A program made the translations under genes and the position numbers. 45,927 nt of DNA, taken from positions 1-45,927 of the forward strand of contig JAGWWI010000004.1 in the NCBI GenBank assembly GCA_018970465.1, written 5' to 3'. How positions within the stretch are numbered: the first letter of the stretch is position 1; every line of letters starts with the position of its first letter. Source of the DNA: Patescibacteria group bacterium (GTDB lineage Bacteria > Patescibacteriota > Minisyncoccia > Phycocordibacterales > Phycocordibacteraceae). The notes beneath the pieces were generated by a model. The model did not search any database and was not told where the DNA came from. It saw only the letters and a list, made by a program, of their open reading frames with translations. This document shows, in pieces, positions 17,758 to 26,340 of the stretch.

Positions 17758-18081
17758 CTAGCGGTGCCAGTCGCGGCGGTGATGGTCGCCAAAGAGCCTG
17801 TGCAGCTCCCAGCTAAGCCGCGCCGCCTCGTATGGCAATGCCCATGGCAGCGGAGTCGGGGTCGCGTACACGACCGGCGGCGGATAGCTCGCCGACGGCG
17901 GACAGTTGCCCCGCCCCCAGCAACTGACCCAGCCGTTGCTGGACCAGTAGCCGGTTGGCGGCGCAGTATACGCCGCTGAGGGCAGTGCATATGTATACCC
18001 AGTCACTGGTGTGTATCCAGGGGGGTACGCATCGCAGCCGGCAAGCAGGACCGTAACTATTAAGATCAGCAAGAAGCGCAT
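17758..18081 (-). CDS. Small Pro/Tyr-rich putative lipoprotein
   Basis: MRFLLILIVTVLLAGC lipobox; YPPGY/YTAPP/YPPP segments; H/R-rich C-terminus. Confidence 0.65.
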   Translation of the reverse strand: MRFLLILIVTVLLAGCDAYPPGYTPVTGYTYALPSAAYTAPPTGYWSSNGWVSCWGRGNCPPSASYPPPVVYATPTPLPWALPYEAARLSWELHRLFGDHHRRDWHR

Positions 18082-18175
18082 GTATTGCCTCCATGGCTGC
18101 GCTGGAACTGGATACAAAGTACGTACTAGTTACATACTTGTCAAGTCATGCTGTGCGGGCATGTAAAATGCACGC

Positions 18176-19864
18176 ATGCCAGACGACCCGAAGAAGCTCC
18201 CGTTCGACACGAGCAAGGAAGAGAGCGAGCTCGCCGCGATCCACGAGCGCGAGGAGGAGGATGTTGCGCGCATCCTCTCGGAGAAGTACGGGATGCCGTA
18301 CGCCGACCTCGCGCTGAAGACGGTCAACGCCGACGCCCTGCGGCTCATCCCGGAGGAGGAAGCGCGCGCCACGAAGGCGGCCGCCTTCGACGTCGTCGCC
18401 AAGAAGCTCTCGCTCGCCGTCAACGACCCGCATAACCCCGCCCTGCCCGCGCTCCTCGAAGAGCTCGCCGGCCGCGGCTACGACGTCGCCAAGTACCTCG
18501 TCTCGAAGAAGAGCTTCGAGAAGGCGCTCGCGCGCTATGCCGAGCTCTCGCACGCGATCGAGTCGAAGCCGGGCGTCTTCCGCGTCCCGCAGGCGGCCTT
18601 CGCCAAGCTCGCCGCGAGCGACCACTCGAAGCAGGCGCTCGCCGAGGAGTTCGACCGCGCGACGGCTGAGGAGTCTCTTGAGCGCGTCTCGCGCGTCCTC
18701 GAGATCGCGTTCGCCGGCGCGATCGCGCTCCGCGCCTCCGACATCCACCTCGAGCCCGAGAGCGAGAAGACGCGGCTCCGGCTCCGCATCGACGGCCTCC
18801 TGACCGACGCTTATTTCTTCGACGCGCGCACGTACCATCAATTGAATTCGCGCATCAAGGTGCTCTCGGGCGCGAAGCTGAACATCACCGACCGCGCCCA
18901 GGATGGCCGCTTCACCCTCGACACGGCCGAGAAGCAGATCGAGATCCGCGCCTCCTTCATCCCCGGCGCCTACGGCGAGTCGATCGTGCTCCGCCTCCTC
19001 GACCCCGAGACGACCCGCGTCTCGTACAAGGAGCTCGGCATCCCGGCGAAGCTCTTGGAGCGGCTCGAGGTCGAGATCCGGCGCGCGAATGGGATGCTCC
19101 TCAACACCGGGCCGACCGGAAGCGGCAAGACGACTACGCTCTACTCCTTCCTCCGTGAGATCCACACGCCCGAGATCAAGATCATCACGATCGAAGATCC
19201 GATCGAGTATCACTTCGAGGGTATCGTCCAGACGCAGGTCGAGGGCGAGAAGTACACGTTCGCCGAGGGGCTGCGCTCGATCGTCCGGCAGGACCCGGAC
19301 GTGATCATGGTCGGCGAGATCCGCGACGCCGAGACGGCCGGGATCGCGATCCAGGCCGCCCTCACGGGCCACTTCGTCTTTTCGACGGTACACACGAACG
19401 ATGCGGCAGGGACCTTCCCCCGCCTCGCCGACCTTGGCGCCGACCCGAAGTCCTTCGGTTCCGCGATCACCGTCTCGATGGCGCAGCGCCTCGTCCGCAA
19501 ACTCGACCCGAGCAACAAGAAGGCGCGCCCAACGACGGCCGCCGAGCAGGCGATGATCAAGAAGCTCTTCGAGAATGTCGCTGACGCGTCGCTCGCCCCG
19601 CAGCAGATCGACACCGTCTTCGAGCCGGCCGAGGCGACCGAGGAGAAGACCGGCTACAAGGGGCGCATCGGCCTCTTCGAGGCGATCTTCATGGACGACG
19701 AACTCGCGCACTTCCTCCGCGACAATCCGCCTGAGGGCGATATCCGCCGCGCAGTCGCGAAGCAGGGCTACCTCACGATGGCGCAGGACGGCGTGTTGAA
19801 GGCGCTCGCGGGCGTCACCTCGCTTGAGGAGGTCGCGGGGACGGTGGACCTCCCGCGCCCATAA
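18176..19864 (+). CDS. GspE/PilB family pilus assembly ATPase
   Basis: ASDIHLEP, QDGRF, Walker A GPTGSGKTTT, Asp box TIEDPIEY, RQDPDVIMVGEIRD, His box GHFVFSTVHTND. Confidence 0.95.
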   Translation: MPDDPKKLPFDTSKEESELAAIHEREEEDVARILSEKYGMPYADLALKTVNADALRLIPEEEARATKAAAFDVVAKKLSLAVNDPHNPALPALLEELAGRGYDVAKYLVSKKSFEKALARYAELSHAIESKPGVFRVPQAAFAKLAASDHSKQALAEEFDRATAEESLERVSRVLEIAFAGAIALRASDIHLEPESEKTRLRLRIDGLLTDAYFFDARTYHQLNSRIKVLSGAKLNITDRAQDGRFTLDTAEKQIEIRASFIPGAYGESIVLRLLDPETTRVSYKELGIPAKLLERLEVEIRRANGMLLNTGPTGSGKTTTLYSFLREIHTPEIKIITIEDPIEYHFEGIVQTQVEGEKYTFAEGLRSIVRQDPDVIMVGEIRDAETAGIAIQAALTGHFVFSTVHTNDAAGTFPRLADLGADPKSFGSAITVSMAQRLVRKLDPSNKKARPTTAAEQAMIKKLFENVADASLAPQQIDTVFEPAEATEEKTGYKGRIGLFEAIFMDDELAHFLRDNPPEGDIRRAVAKQGYLTMAQDGVLKALAGVTSLEEVAGTVDLPRP

Positions 19865-19865
19865 C

Positions 19866-19914
19866 CAGCACGCAAGGCGCCGCGGCCCAGAGGGCCGCGG
19901 CGCCTTGCGTGCTG
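19866..19914. terminator. Perfect 23-bp hairpin between convergent genes
   Basis: CAGCACGCAAGGCGCCGCGGCCC-AGA-GGGCCGCGGCGCCTTGCGTGCTG. Confidence 0.8.
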
Positions 19915-19921
19915 CTACTGG

Positions 19922-20134
19922 CTAACCCCCACTCTCGTCCGCGTCGGCTTCGCCCTCGCCGCGACGATTCGCAAAGTTGCCGGGGTTATTCTCCTTGCCC
20001 TGGCTGTGGCCGCCCTTCCTGCCGATCTCGGAGTAGTACTCCGGACCGCGCTCTTTGGCGACCTTCTCGCCGCCCTTCCGGCCGGCCTCTCCGACCGACA
20101 TCTTGCCGTCGTGCGCCTGTTCCTCGCTGGCCAT
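19922..20134 (-). CDS. KGG-motif general stress protein (GsiB/YciG-like)
   Basis: MSVGEAGRKGG...GPEYYSEIGRKGG...NPGNFAN. Confidence 0.85.
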   Translation of the reverse strand: MASEEQAHDGKMSVGEAGRKGGEKVAKERGPEYYSEIGRKGGHSQGKENNPGNFANRRGEGEADADESGG

Positions 20135-20194
20135 AGCTCTAGTGAGTTATGTCTCCTAATACCGACGCTTACCACAGTATCTTCCGCGCCATGA

Positions 20195-20417
20195 ATGGCG
20201 GATTAACCGAGAAGCGCTCCTTCATCGCCCAAAACGGAGCGATCCCGCCCATGCTCCCTCGGGCAAAACCCGCCAGAGGCGGGGTAGACGAAACGCTTGA
20301 GGGTAGCCCCAGCCACGCTGCCGAAGCAGGTACCAGAGCGCCCTTAGGGAGTCGCCCGAGGCCGTCAAGCCTTGCCCGAAGGAGTATGCGCAGGATCAAA
20401 AAGAAAATCCGCTCCAT
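20195..20417. ncRNA. Candidate structured non-coding RNA of unassigned family
   Basis: Closing stem 20195-20204/20406-20417; ungapped 26-nt helix 20241-20266/20372-20397 with 22 Watson-Crick pairs; inner helix 20295-20300/20365-20370; small hairpins including minus-strand CTGC-TTCG-GCAG. Confidence 0.6.
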
Positions 20418-20485
20418 CCAAAGAGCAGACAGGACTGACTCATCGCCTTCCCGTGTGATAAAATGCTAGCACACGACCCCTTTTT

Positions 20486-21478
20486 ATGTCAAGCCCGTCC
20501 GCCGACCCCGCCCTCCCCGCCGCCTCGCTCGACGCCGCCTTGCGCCCGACTGAGTGGGAGGAGTACGTCGGCCAGCAGCAGGTAAAGGCGAACGTGCAGA
20601 TCGCTCTTGAGGCGGCCAAGAAGCGCGGCGGGATGCCCGAGCACCTCCTCTTCTACGGCCCGCCGGGGGTCGGGAAGACGACCTTGGCCCACCTCATCGC
20701 CCTCACGCTCGGCGCGCCGTTGAAGTCGACCTCCGGGGTCGCCGTCGAGCGCGCGGCCGACCTCGCCGCGATCCTCACGAACCTCGATCCGGGCACCGTG
20801 CTCTTCATCGACGAGATCCATCGCCTCCCCAGGAAGCTCGAAGAATTGCTCTACCCCGCCCTCGAATCCGGGCATCTCGATATCGTGCTCGGCAAGGGCC
20901 CCTCGGCGCGCACGGTCGAGCTCGCCTTGCCGCCCTTCACCCTCGTCGGGGCGACGACCCGCATCGCGGACCTCTCGGGCCCCTTGCGCTCGCGCTTCGG
21001 CGGCGGGACGTACCAGCTCGACTTCTACACGAGCCAAGACCTGCGCGACATCATCCGCCGCTCGGCGAAGCTCCTCGGGATCGTGATGCCCGAAGAGGTC
21101 GTCGAGATGGTCGCGGCGCGAAGCCGCGCCACCCCGCGCGTCGCGAACTCCCTCGTGAAGCGCATGCGCGATTATTCGGAGGTGAAGGAGGCACCGCTCT
21201 CGGCCGCCCTCGCCGAAGAAGCCTCCGCCCTCTTCGGCATCGACGCCCTCGGCCTCACCAAGGACGACCGTCGCTACCTCGACACCTTGCGCGAATCATT
21301 CCGCGGCGGCCCGGCTGGGATCCGCGCCTTGGCCTCCGCGCTCCACGAAGAGCCCGAGACCCTCGAGCACGTCTACGAGCCGTATCTGCTGCGCCTCGCC
21401 TTCATCGAGCGCTCCCCCCAAGGCCGCCTCCTCACGTCCAAAGGCCGCGGCTATTTGAGCGGCGAAACCCTTTTGTGA
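20486..21478 (+). CDS. ruvB: Holliday junction branch migration ATPase RuvB
   Basis: LRP, GPPGVGKTTLA, FIDEIHRL, GATTR, PLRSRFG, EPYL. Confidence 0.97.
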   Translation: MSSPSADPALPAASLDAALRPTEWEEYVGQQQVKANVQIALEAAKKRGGMPEHLLFYGPPGVGKTTLAHLIALTLGAPLKSTSGVAVERAADLAAILTNLDPGTVLFIDEIHRLPRKLEELLYPALESGHLDIVLGKGPSARTVELALPPFTLVGATTRIADLSGPLRSRFGGGTYQLDFYTSQDLRDIIRRSAKLLGIVMPEEVVEMVAARSRATPRVANSLVKRMRDYSEVKEAPLSAALAEEASALFGIDALGLTKDDRRYLDTLRESFRGGPAGIRALASALHEEPETLEHVYEPYLLRLAFIERSPQGRLLTSKGRGYLSGETLL

Positions 21479-21490
21479 TACGGTTTACGC

Positions 21491-22063
21491 ATGTCGGGGC
21501 ACAACAAATGGGCGCAGATCAAGCATAGGAAGGCGGCGACGGATGCGGTCAAAAGCCGCGAATTCTCGCGCTTCGCGCGGCTTATCGCGCTCGAGAGCAA
21601 GAAGGCGGGCGGGAGGGTAGACGCACCCGGGCTCGCCGCGGCGATCGCGCGGGCGAAGGCCGCGAATATGCCGAAAGACAACATCGAGCGCGCGGTCGCG
21701 AAGGGCACTTCGAAGGACGCGGGCTCCCTGGAGCAGGTAGTCTACGAGGCCTACGGCCCGGGCGGCGTCGCGCTGATCGTCGAAGCGCTGACCGACAACA
21801 AGAACCGCACGACCCAGGAGGTGAAGCACCTCCTCGGCAAGCTTGGCGTCGAGCTCTCGGCGCCCGGAGCCGCGTCGTGGGCCTTCGCGCGGCTCCCTGA
21901 CGGGCGCTACGTCCCCAACGAGCCCTTGGTTGAGCTCGCCGGCGAGGACGAAGAGCGGCTCGGCGCAATCCTCGACGCCCTCGACGAGCATGAGGACGTG
22001 CAACGCGCCTTCACCAACACGCGCGGCTACGAGTCGACCGAGAGCGAGGCGGAGGAGGAATAG
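21491..22063 (+). CDS. yebC: YebC/PmpR family protein (short form)
   Basis: MSGHNKWAQIKHRK, NMPKDNIERA, YEAYGPGG, TDNKNRT, EDVQ. Confidence 0.93.
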   Translation: MSGHNKWAQIKHRKAATDAVKSREFSRFARLIALESKKAGGRVDAPGLAAAIARAKAANMPKDNIERAVAKGTSKDAGSLEQVVYEAYGPGGVALIVEALTDNKNRTTQEVKHLLGKLGVELSAPGAASWAFARLPDGRYVPNEPLVELAGEDEERLGAILDALDEHEDVQRAFTNTRGYESTESEAEEE

Positions 22064-22064
22064 T

Positions 22065-22556
22065 ATGCGCATCCTCGCGGTCGACCCGGGCTACGACCGC
22101 ATGGGGATCGCGGTCATCGAGGGTGACCCTTCAAGGCCGACTTACGTCTGGAGCGCCTGCATCACGCCGGAGAAAGGCGCGCGGGCGATGCGCCTCGCGC
22201 GCGTCTATGCCGCTGTCGCTGAGGCGCTTCGCGCGCACGCCCCTGACGCGCTCGCGCTCGAGACGCTCTTCTTCAGCACCAACGTGCGGACGGCGATCGG
22301 CGTCGCCGAGGCGCGCGGCGCCATCCTCGCCGCCGCCGGCGCGGCCGGCACCCCGGTCGTCGAGCATTCGCCCCAGGCGGTGAAGCTCGCGGCGACCGGC
22401 AATGGGCGCGCCGACAAGGCCGCCGTTGCCCGGATGATCCCGAAACTGGTCGCGCTCCCCTCCCCGCCCTCGGGTAAGCGGCTCGACGACGAGCTCGACG
22501 CCCTCGCGCTCGCCCTCTGCGCCCTGGCAGCCAGGCAATCCACACCCGCGCGCTAG
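22065..22556 (+). CDS. ruvC: Holliday junction resolvase RuvC
   Basis: ILAVDPG, ALETLFFSTN, EARGAI, GNGRADK, DDELDALA. Confidence 0.95.
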   Translation: MRILAVDPGYDRMGIAVIEGDPSRPTYVWSACITPEKGARAMRLARVYAAVAEALRAHAPDALALETLFFSTNVRTAIGVAEARGAILAAAGAAGTPVVEHSPQAVKLAATGNGRADKAAVARMIPKLVALPSPPSGKRLDDELDALALALCALAARQSTPAR

Positions 22557-22641
22557 GGGCCCCCTTGCGCAGAAAAAAGTTTTTGTTCAAATACAGGAAC
22601 CCTACCGAGGGTTAATCATTTTTAGAGCTAGACGCACTATC

Positions 22642-22815
22642 ATGGGAGACGAATACGATGAGGAGAAGAGTGATGAGCTGCCGGAAACGGGCCCCGGCCC
22701 GCTCGACGACGAGGATATGGACCCTGTTGAAAAGCAGAATATCGAAGCCGAAGGAGATGATTATGGTTTCCAGACCCGAAACGCCGACGGTGAGCTCGAG
22801 GAAGAGACCTTCTAG
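22642..22815 (+). CDS. Small highly acidic protein, 57 aa (below the ORF-track cutoff)
   Basis: MGDEYDEEKSDELPETGPGPLDDEDMDPVEKQNIEAEGDDYGFQTRNADGELEEETF*; 23/57 residues D/E; followed by a hairpin. Confidence 0.7.
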   Translation: MGDEYDEEKSDELPETGPGPLDDEDMDPVEKQNIEAEGDDYGFQTRNADGELEEETF

Positions 22816-22830
22816 CGCTTCTTACCCTGA

Positions 22831-22872
22831 ACAAACGCACGCGCGGGCCCTCAGGCCCGCGTGTTCGTTTGT
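22831..22872 (+). terminator. Hairpin after the small acidic ORF
   Basis: ACAAACG-C-ACGCGCGGGCC-CTCA-GGCCCGCGTGT-T-CGTTTGT. Confidence 0.65.
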
Positions 22873-22886
22873 GCTAGCATTTGCCT

Positions 22887-25034
22887 ATGGAAAAACAGCC
22901 CTCCTGGCGCCACGTGCTTCTCTTCTCTTCGCTCGTCGTCGTCGGCGTGGGGCTCGTCCTCGCCGGCGCCTTCGCGCTCGCGGTCGCGCTCACGCCCACC
23001 CCGGATATCGCCTCCTTCGCGAGCCGCCAGGTCTCCCAGTCGACCAAGATCTACGACCGCACGGGGCAGGTGCTCCTCTACGACTACAACAAGGACGCGA
23101 AGCGCGTGCAGGTAACGCTCGGCGACATCAATCCGAACGCGATCAACGCGACGATCGCGATCGAAGACTCGAGCTTCTACGAGCACGGCGGTATCCGCCT
23201 CACGTCGATCCTGCGCGCGGCGATCGCCGACTTCCTCGGCGGGTCCTTCGCGCAGGGCGGCTCGACGATCACCCAGCAGGTCGTCAAGAACACCCTTTTG
23301 ACGAACAAGAAGAGCATTGTCCGCAAGGTCCACGAGTGGATCCTCGCGATCCGCCTCGAACAGGCGTATTCGAAGGACGCCATCCTCGAGACCTACCTCA
23401 ACACGATCCCCTACGGCGGCGTCCTCTACGGCATCGGCGCTGCGTCCGAGGCATACTTCGGCGTCCCGCCGAAGGATCTCGATCTCGCGCAGTCTGCGTA
23501 CCTCTCTGCCATGATCCAGGCGCCGTCCTACTACTCGCCCTACGGCGCGCATCGCGCAGATCTCGATACCCGCAAGAACCTCGTCCTCTCCCGCATGCAG
23601 CAGCTCGGGTTCATCACGGCTGACCAGGCTGCGAGCGCGAAGCAAGAGCAGGTCTCCTTCGCGGCGACCGGCGCACAAGGCATCATTGCGCCCCATTTCG
23701 TCTTCTACATACTCAACCAACTCGAGGATACCTACGGCGCGAACGCGCTCGAGTCCGGGCTCAAGGTGACAACCACCCTCGACGCAGCACTCCAGGCGAA
23801 GGAAGAGGGGATCATCAAGGCCGGCGCCTTGAAGAACGCGGCGAATGGCGGCGCGACGAACGCCGCCCTCGTCGCGATCGATCCCGCGACCGGGCAAATC
23901 CTCTCGATGGTCGGCTCGCGCGACTTCTTCGACACCACGATCGACGGCCAATACAACGCCGCGCTCGCCCTCCGGCAGCCTGGCTCCACCATGAAGCCGT
24001 TTATCTATGGTCTTGCGCTCGAGAAGGGGTACACCCGCGATACGGTCGTCTTCGACGTGCCGACGCAGTTCTCGACTGCCTGCCCGCCCTCCGCAGTCAC
24101 CGAGAACGCGTCGCCCTGCTACGCGCCGAAGAACTACGACAACACTTTCCGCGGCCCGATGACCTTCGAGACCGCGCTCGCGCAGTCGATCAATATTCCG
24201 GCGATCAAAGTCCTCTACTTGGTCGGGATCCAGAACGCGATCAACCTCGCGCGCTCCTTCGGCCTCACGACGCTCGGCAATGCGAGCCAGTGCGGGCTCA
24301 CGGTCGTGATCGGCGGCTGCGAGGTGCGGCTCCTCGACCTCGTGGGCGCCTATGCCGCCTTCGGCAACGGCGGGGTGCATAACCCCCCGACGGGACTTCT
24401 TGAGGTGGACGACGCGCAGGGGAATGTGCTCGAGAAGTACACCCCCTCCCCCACCCAGGTCATGCCGCAGAATTATGCGAACGATGTGAGCGCTATGCTC
24501 TCCGACCAGCAGGCGCGCATCCCGGAATACAACCCGGGTGGCGTCCTCGATATCCCCGGCTACGAGGTTGCGGTCAAGACCGGTACCACCGACAACTCGC
24601 GCGACGCGTGGACGGTCGGCTACACGCCCTCGCTTGCTGTCGGGATCTGGGTCGGCAACAACGACAACACCCCTGCCGCGTCTCTTGCCGGCCTTATCGC
24701 CGCCCCGATCTGGAAGCAGGCGATGGAGGCCGGGCTCCCCCTCTACCCGAAGACCTACTTCGGCGCACCCGACCCCATCCCCGCCACTGTCCCGCCGATG
24801 CTCCGCGGCGACTGGCAAGCATACGGTGTGCCCCATTCGCTCCTCTACGCGACGAACAAGGATAATCCGCAGGGCCCGCCGCCCGCGAACCCGGGCCAGG
24901 ACCCGCAATTCGCCGCGTGGGAGTACGGCGTCTCCGCATACGCAGCGTCGCATCCCGGACTCTTCGTCGACCCACCGCTCATGGTGCCGCTTTCGCTGGG
25001 GAGCGCAGAGAGCACCGCGAGCACGACGCCCTAG
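22887..25034 (+). CDS. Class A penicillin-binding protein (transglycosylase/transpeptidase)
   Basis: GT51 motifs EDSSFYEHGG, GGSTITQQ, RKVHE, KDAILETYLN; TP motifs STMK, SIN, KTGT. Confidence 0.95.
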   Translation: MEKQPSWRHVLLFSSLVVVGVGLVLAGAFALAVALTPTPDIASFASRQVSQSTKIYDRTGQVLLYDYNKDAKRVQVTLGDINPNAINATIAIEDSSFYEHGGIRLTSILRAAIADFLGGSFAQGGSTITQQVVKNTLLTNKKSIVRKVHEWILAIRLEQAYSKDAILETYLNTIPYGGVLYGIGAASEAYFGVPPKDLDLAQSAYLSAMIQAPSYYSPYGAHRADLDTRKNLVLSRMQQLGFITADQAASAKQEQVSFAATGAQGIIAPHFVFYILNQLEDTYGANALESGLKVTTTLDAALQAKEEGIIKAGALKNAANGGATNAALVAIDPATGQILSMVGSRDFFDTTIDGQYNAALALRQPGSTMKPFIYGLALEKGYTRDTVVFDVPTQFSTACPPSAVTENASPCYAPKNYDNTFRGPMTFETALAQSINIPAIKVLYLVGIQNAINLARSFGLTTLGNASQCGLTVVIGGCEVRLLDLVGAYAAFGNGGVHNPPTGLLEVDDAQGNVLEKYTPSPTQVMPQNYANDVSAMLSDQQARIPEYNPGGVLDIPGYEVAVKTGTTDNSRDAWTVGYTPSLAVGIWVGNNDNTPAASLAGLIAAPIWKQAMEAGLPLYPKTYFGAPDPIPATVPPMLRGDWQAYGVPHSLLYATNKDNPQGPPPANPGQDPQFAAWEYGVSAYAASHPGLFVDPPLMVPLSLGSAESTASTTP

Positions 25035-26135
25035 CTACTGATTCATCGGCGAGACGAGGTAGAGGAGCGAGGCGTCTCCTGCGCCGCGGATGATGAGTGG
25101 GCGGCCGACTCCCGCGACGGAGAAGGTAAGGCTCTCGGCGCCGGTAAGCGCGAAGATGGCCGCCAGATAGCGGTAGTTGAACGACATTTGCGCCGCTTCG
25201 CCCGAGAGCTGCGCGGAGACCGTTTCGGTCGATTCGCCGAGATCCTGGTTGCGTGCGGAGAGCACCAGTTCTTTTTTCTTCGGGTCGAAAGAGAGGCGGA
25301 CCTTCTGGAACGCGTCGGCGAAGATGCTGGTGCGCTTCAATGCGGTCTCGAAATCTTTGCGCAATACGGTCGCCTCGACGACCGACTCCTTCGGGATGAT
25401 CTGGCGATAGTCCGGATAGGTCGCATTCGTAAGGCGGGAGACGAGTATGAGGGTATTCGTGATGAACGCGCACTGATGTTCGTCGAAGGAAATGATGATG
25501 TCCTCCTCGGGAAGCGCCTGGGCGATCTCAAGCGCGTTCTTCGCGGGGATAAGGAAGGCGCCGCTCGTGGTCGATACGGAGACGGGTATTTTCTTCTCCG
25601 CGAGGCGGAAGGAGTCGGTCGCTACGAGCGTCACCGAGTCGCGCGCCATGGAGAAGAGGATGCTCGCGAGCTCAGGGCGGATCGTCGAGGTGGAGGCGCA
25701 GCTCGCGATCGCCGCCAAAACGCCGCGCAGGGTCGCCGCAGGAAGGATGAGTCGATGCGTCGGGTTCTCTGGGAATGGGATCGAGGGGAAATCCTCGTAC
25801 GGCGTCGTCTTCAAGGAGAGCTTGCTCCCGCCTACCGTCATCGTGAGCACGTCGCCCGCCTGTTCAAGCGTCGTCGAGCCCTCAGGTGAGAGCGAAGAAG
25901 CGACCTGCTGGAGGAGGGTCGCGGGGACGGCGACGGCGCCGGGCGCTTTGACCGATGCGGGGACCTTGAGGTCGATACCCGCTTCGAGGTTGGTCGAGCG
26001 CATCTTGACGCCTTCATCGCTCGCGAGAATGAGAATCGACGCGAGCGCGGGAAGGGTCGCGCTCCGGCGCTCGGCGAATCGCGCAGCGGTATGCACAGCG
26101 CTAATAAGATTCTTATTTTCTATGAGGATATGCAT
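25035..26135 (-). CDS. dnaN: DNA polymerase III beta clamp
   Basis: STNLE, DFP, RPEL, VATDSFRLAE, YPDYRQIIP, FNYRYL, LVSPM. Confidence 0.96.
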   Translation of the reverse strand: MHILIENKNLISAVHTAARFAERRSATLPALASILILASDEGVKMRSTNLEAGIDLKVPASVKAPGAVAVPATLLQQVASSLSPEGSTTLEQAGDVLTMTVGGSKLSLKTTPYEDFPSIPFPENPTHRLILPAATLRGVLAAIASCASTSTIRPELASILFSMARDSVTLVATDSFRLAEKKIPVSVSTTSGAFLIPAKNALEIAQALPEEDIIISFDEHQCAFITNTLILVSRLTNATYPDYRQIIPKESVVEATVLRKDFETALKRTSIFADAFQKVRLSFDPKKKELVLSARNQDLGESTETVSAQLSGEAAQMSFNYRYLAAIFALTGAESLTFSVAGVGRPLIIRGAGDASLLYLVSPMNQ

Positions 26136-26340
26136 ACGATGCTTATTACGGGTGTGTGTATGAGGAAAACGTGAATACACCGAGCATCTGAGCGTTATTT
26201 TTCATGCGTGATTCATGATGAGCGGTGGATAACGCGTGCATACGATTCATACCAGGAGCGCGCGAATGTTCTGGATCTCCTTTGAGAGCTCGTTATCCAC
26301 GGATACTTCACGCTTTATCTTTTCGCAGGAGTGGATAACG
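26136..26340. promoter_or_regulatory. DnaA-box cluster at the dnaA 3' end and dnaA-dnaN spacer (candidate oriC)
   Basis: One-mismatch TTATNCACA boxes at 26155-26163, 26224-26232, 26293-26301 and 26330-26338; AT-richer spacer. Confidence 0.6.

Noticed and set aside
20195-20417. RNase P RNA, SRP RNA or tmRNA identity for the structured region
   Set aside because: No GAGGAAAGTCC or CGGCTTA P4 strands, no SRP GGAA/AGCAG domain IV, and no tRNA-like ends seen on either strand.
22851-24953. Long antisense ORFs (this one, 39587..41560, 18146..19711, 13964..15361, 12184..13515 and similar)
   Set aside because: Shadow frames opposite well-supported genes, expected from high GC3; no recognisable motifs.
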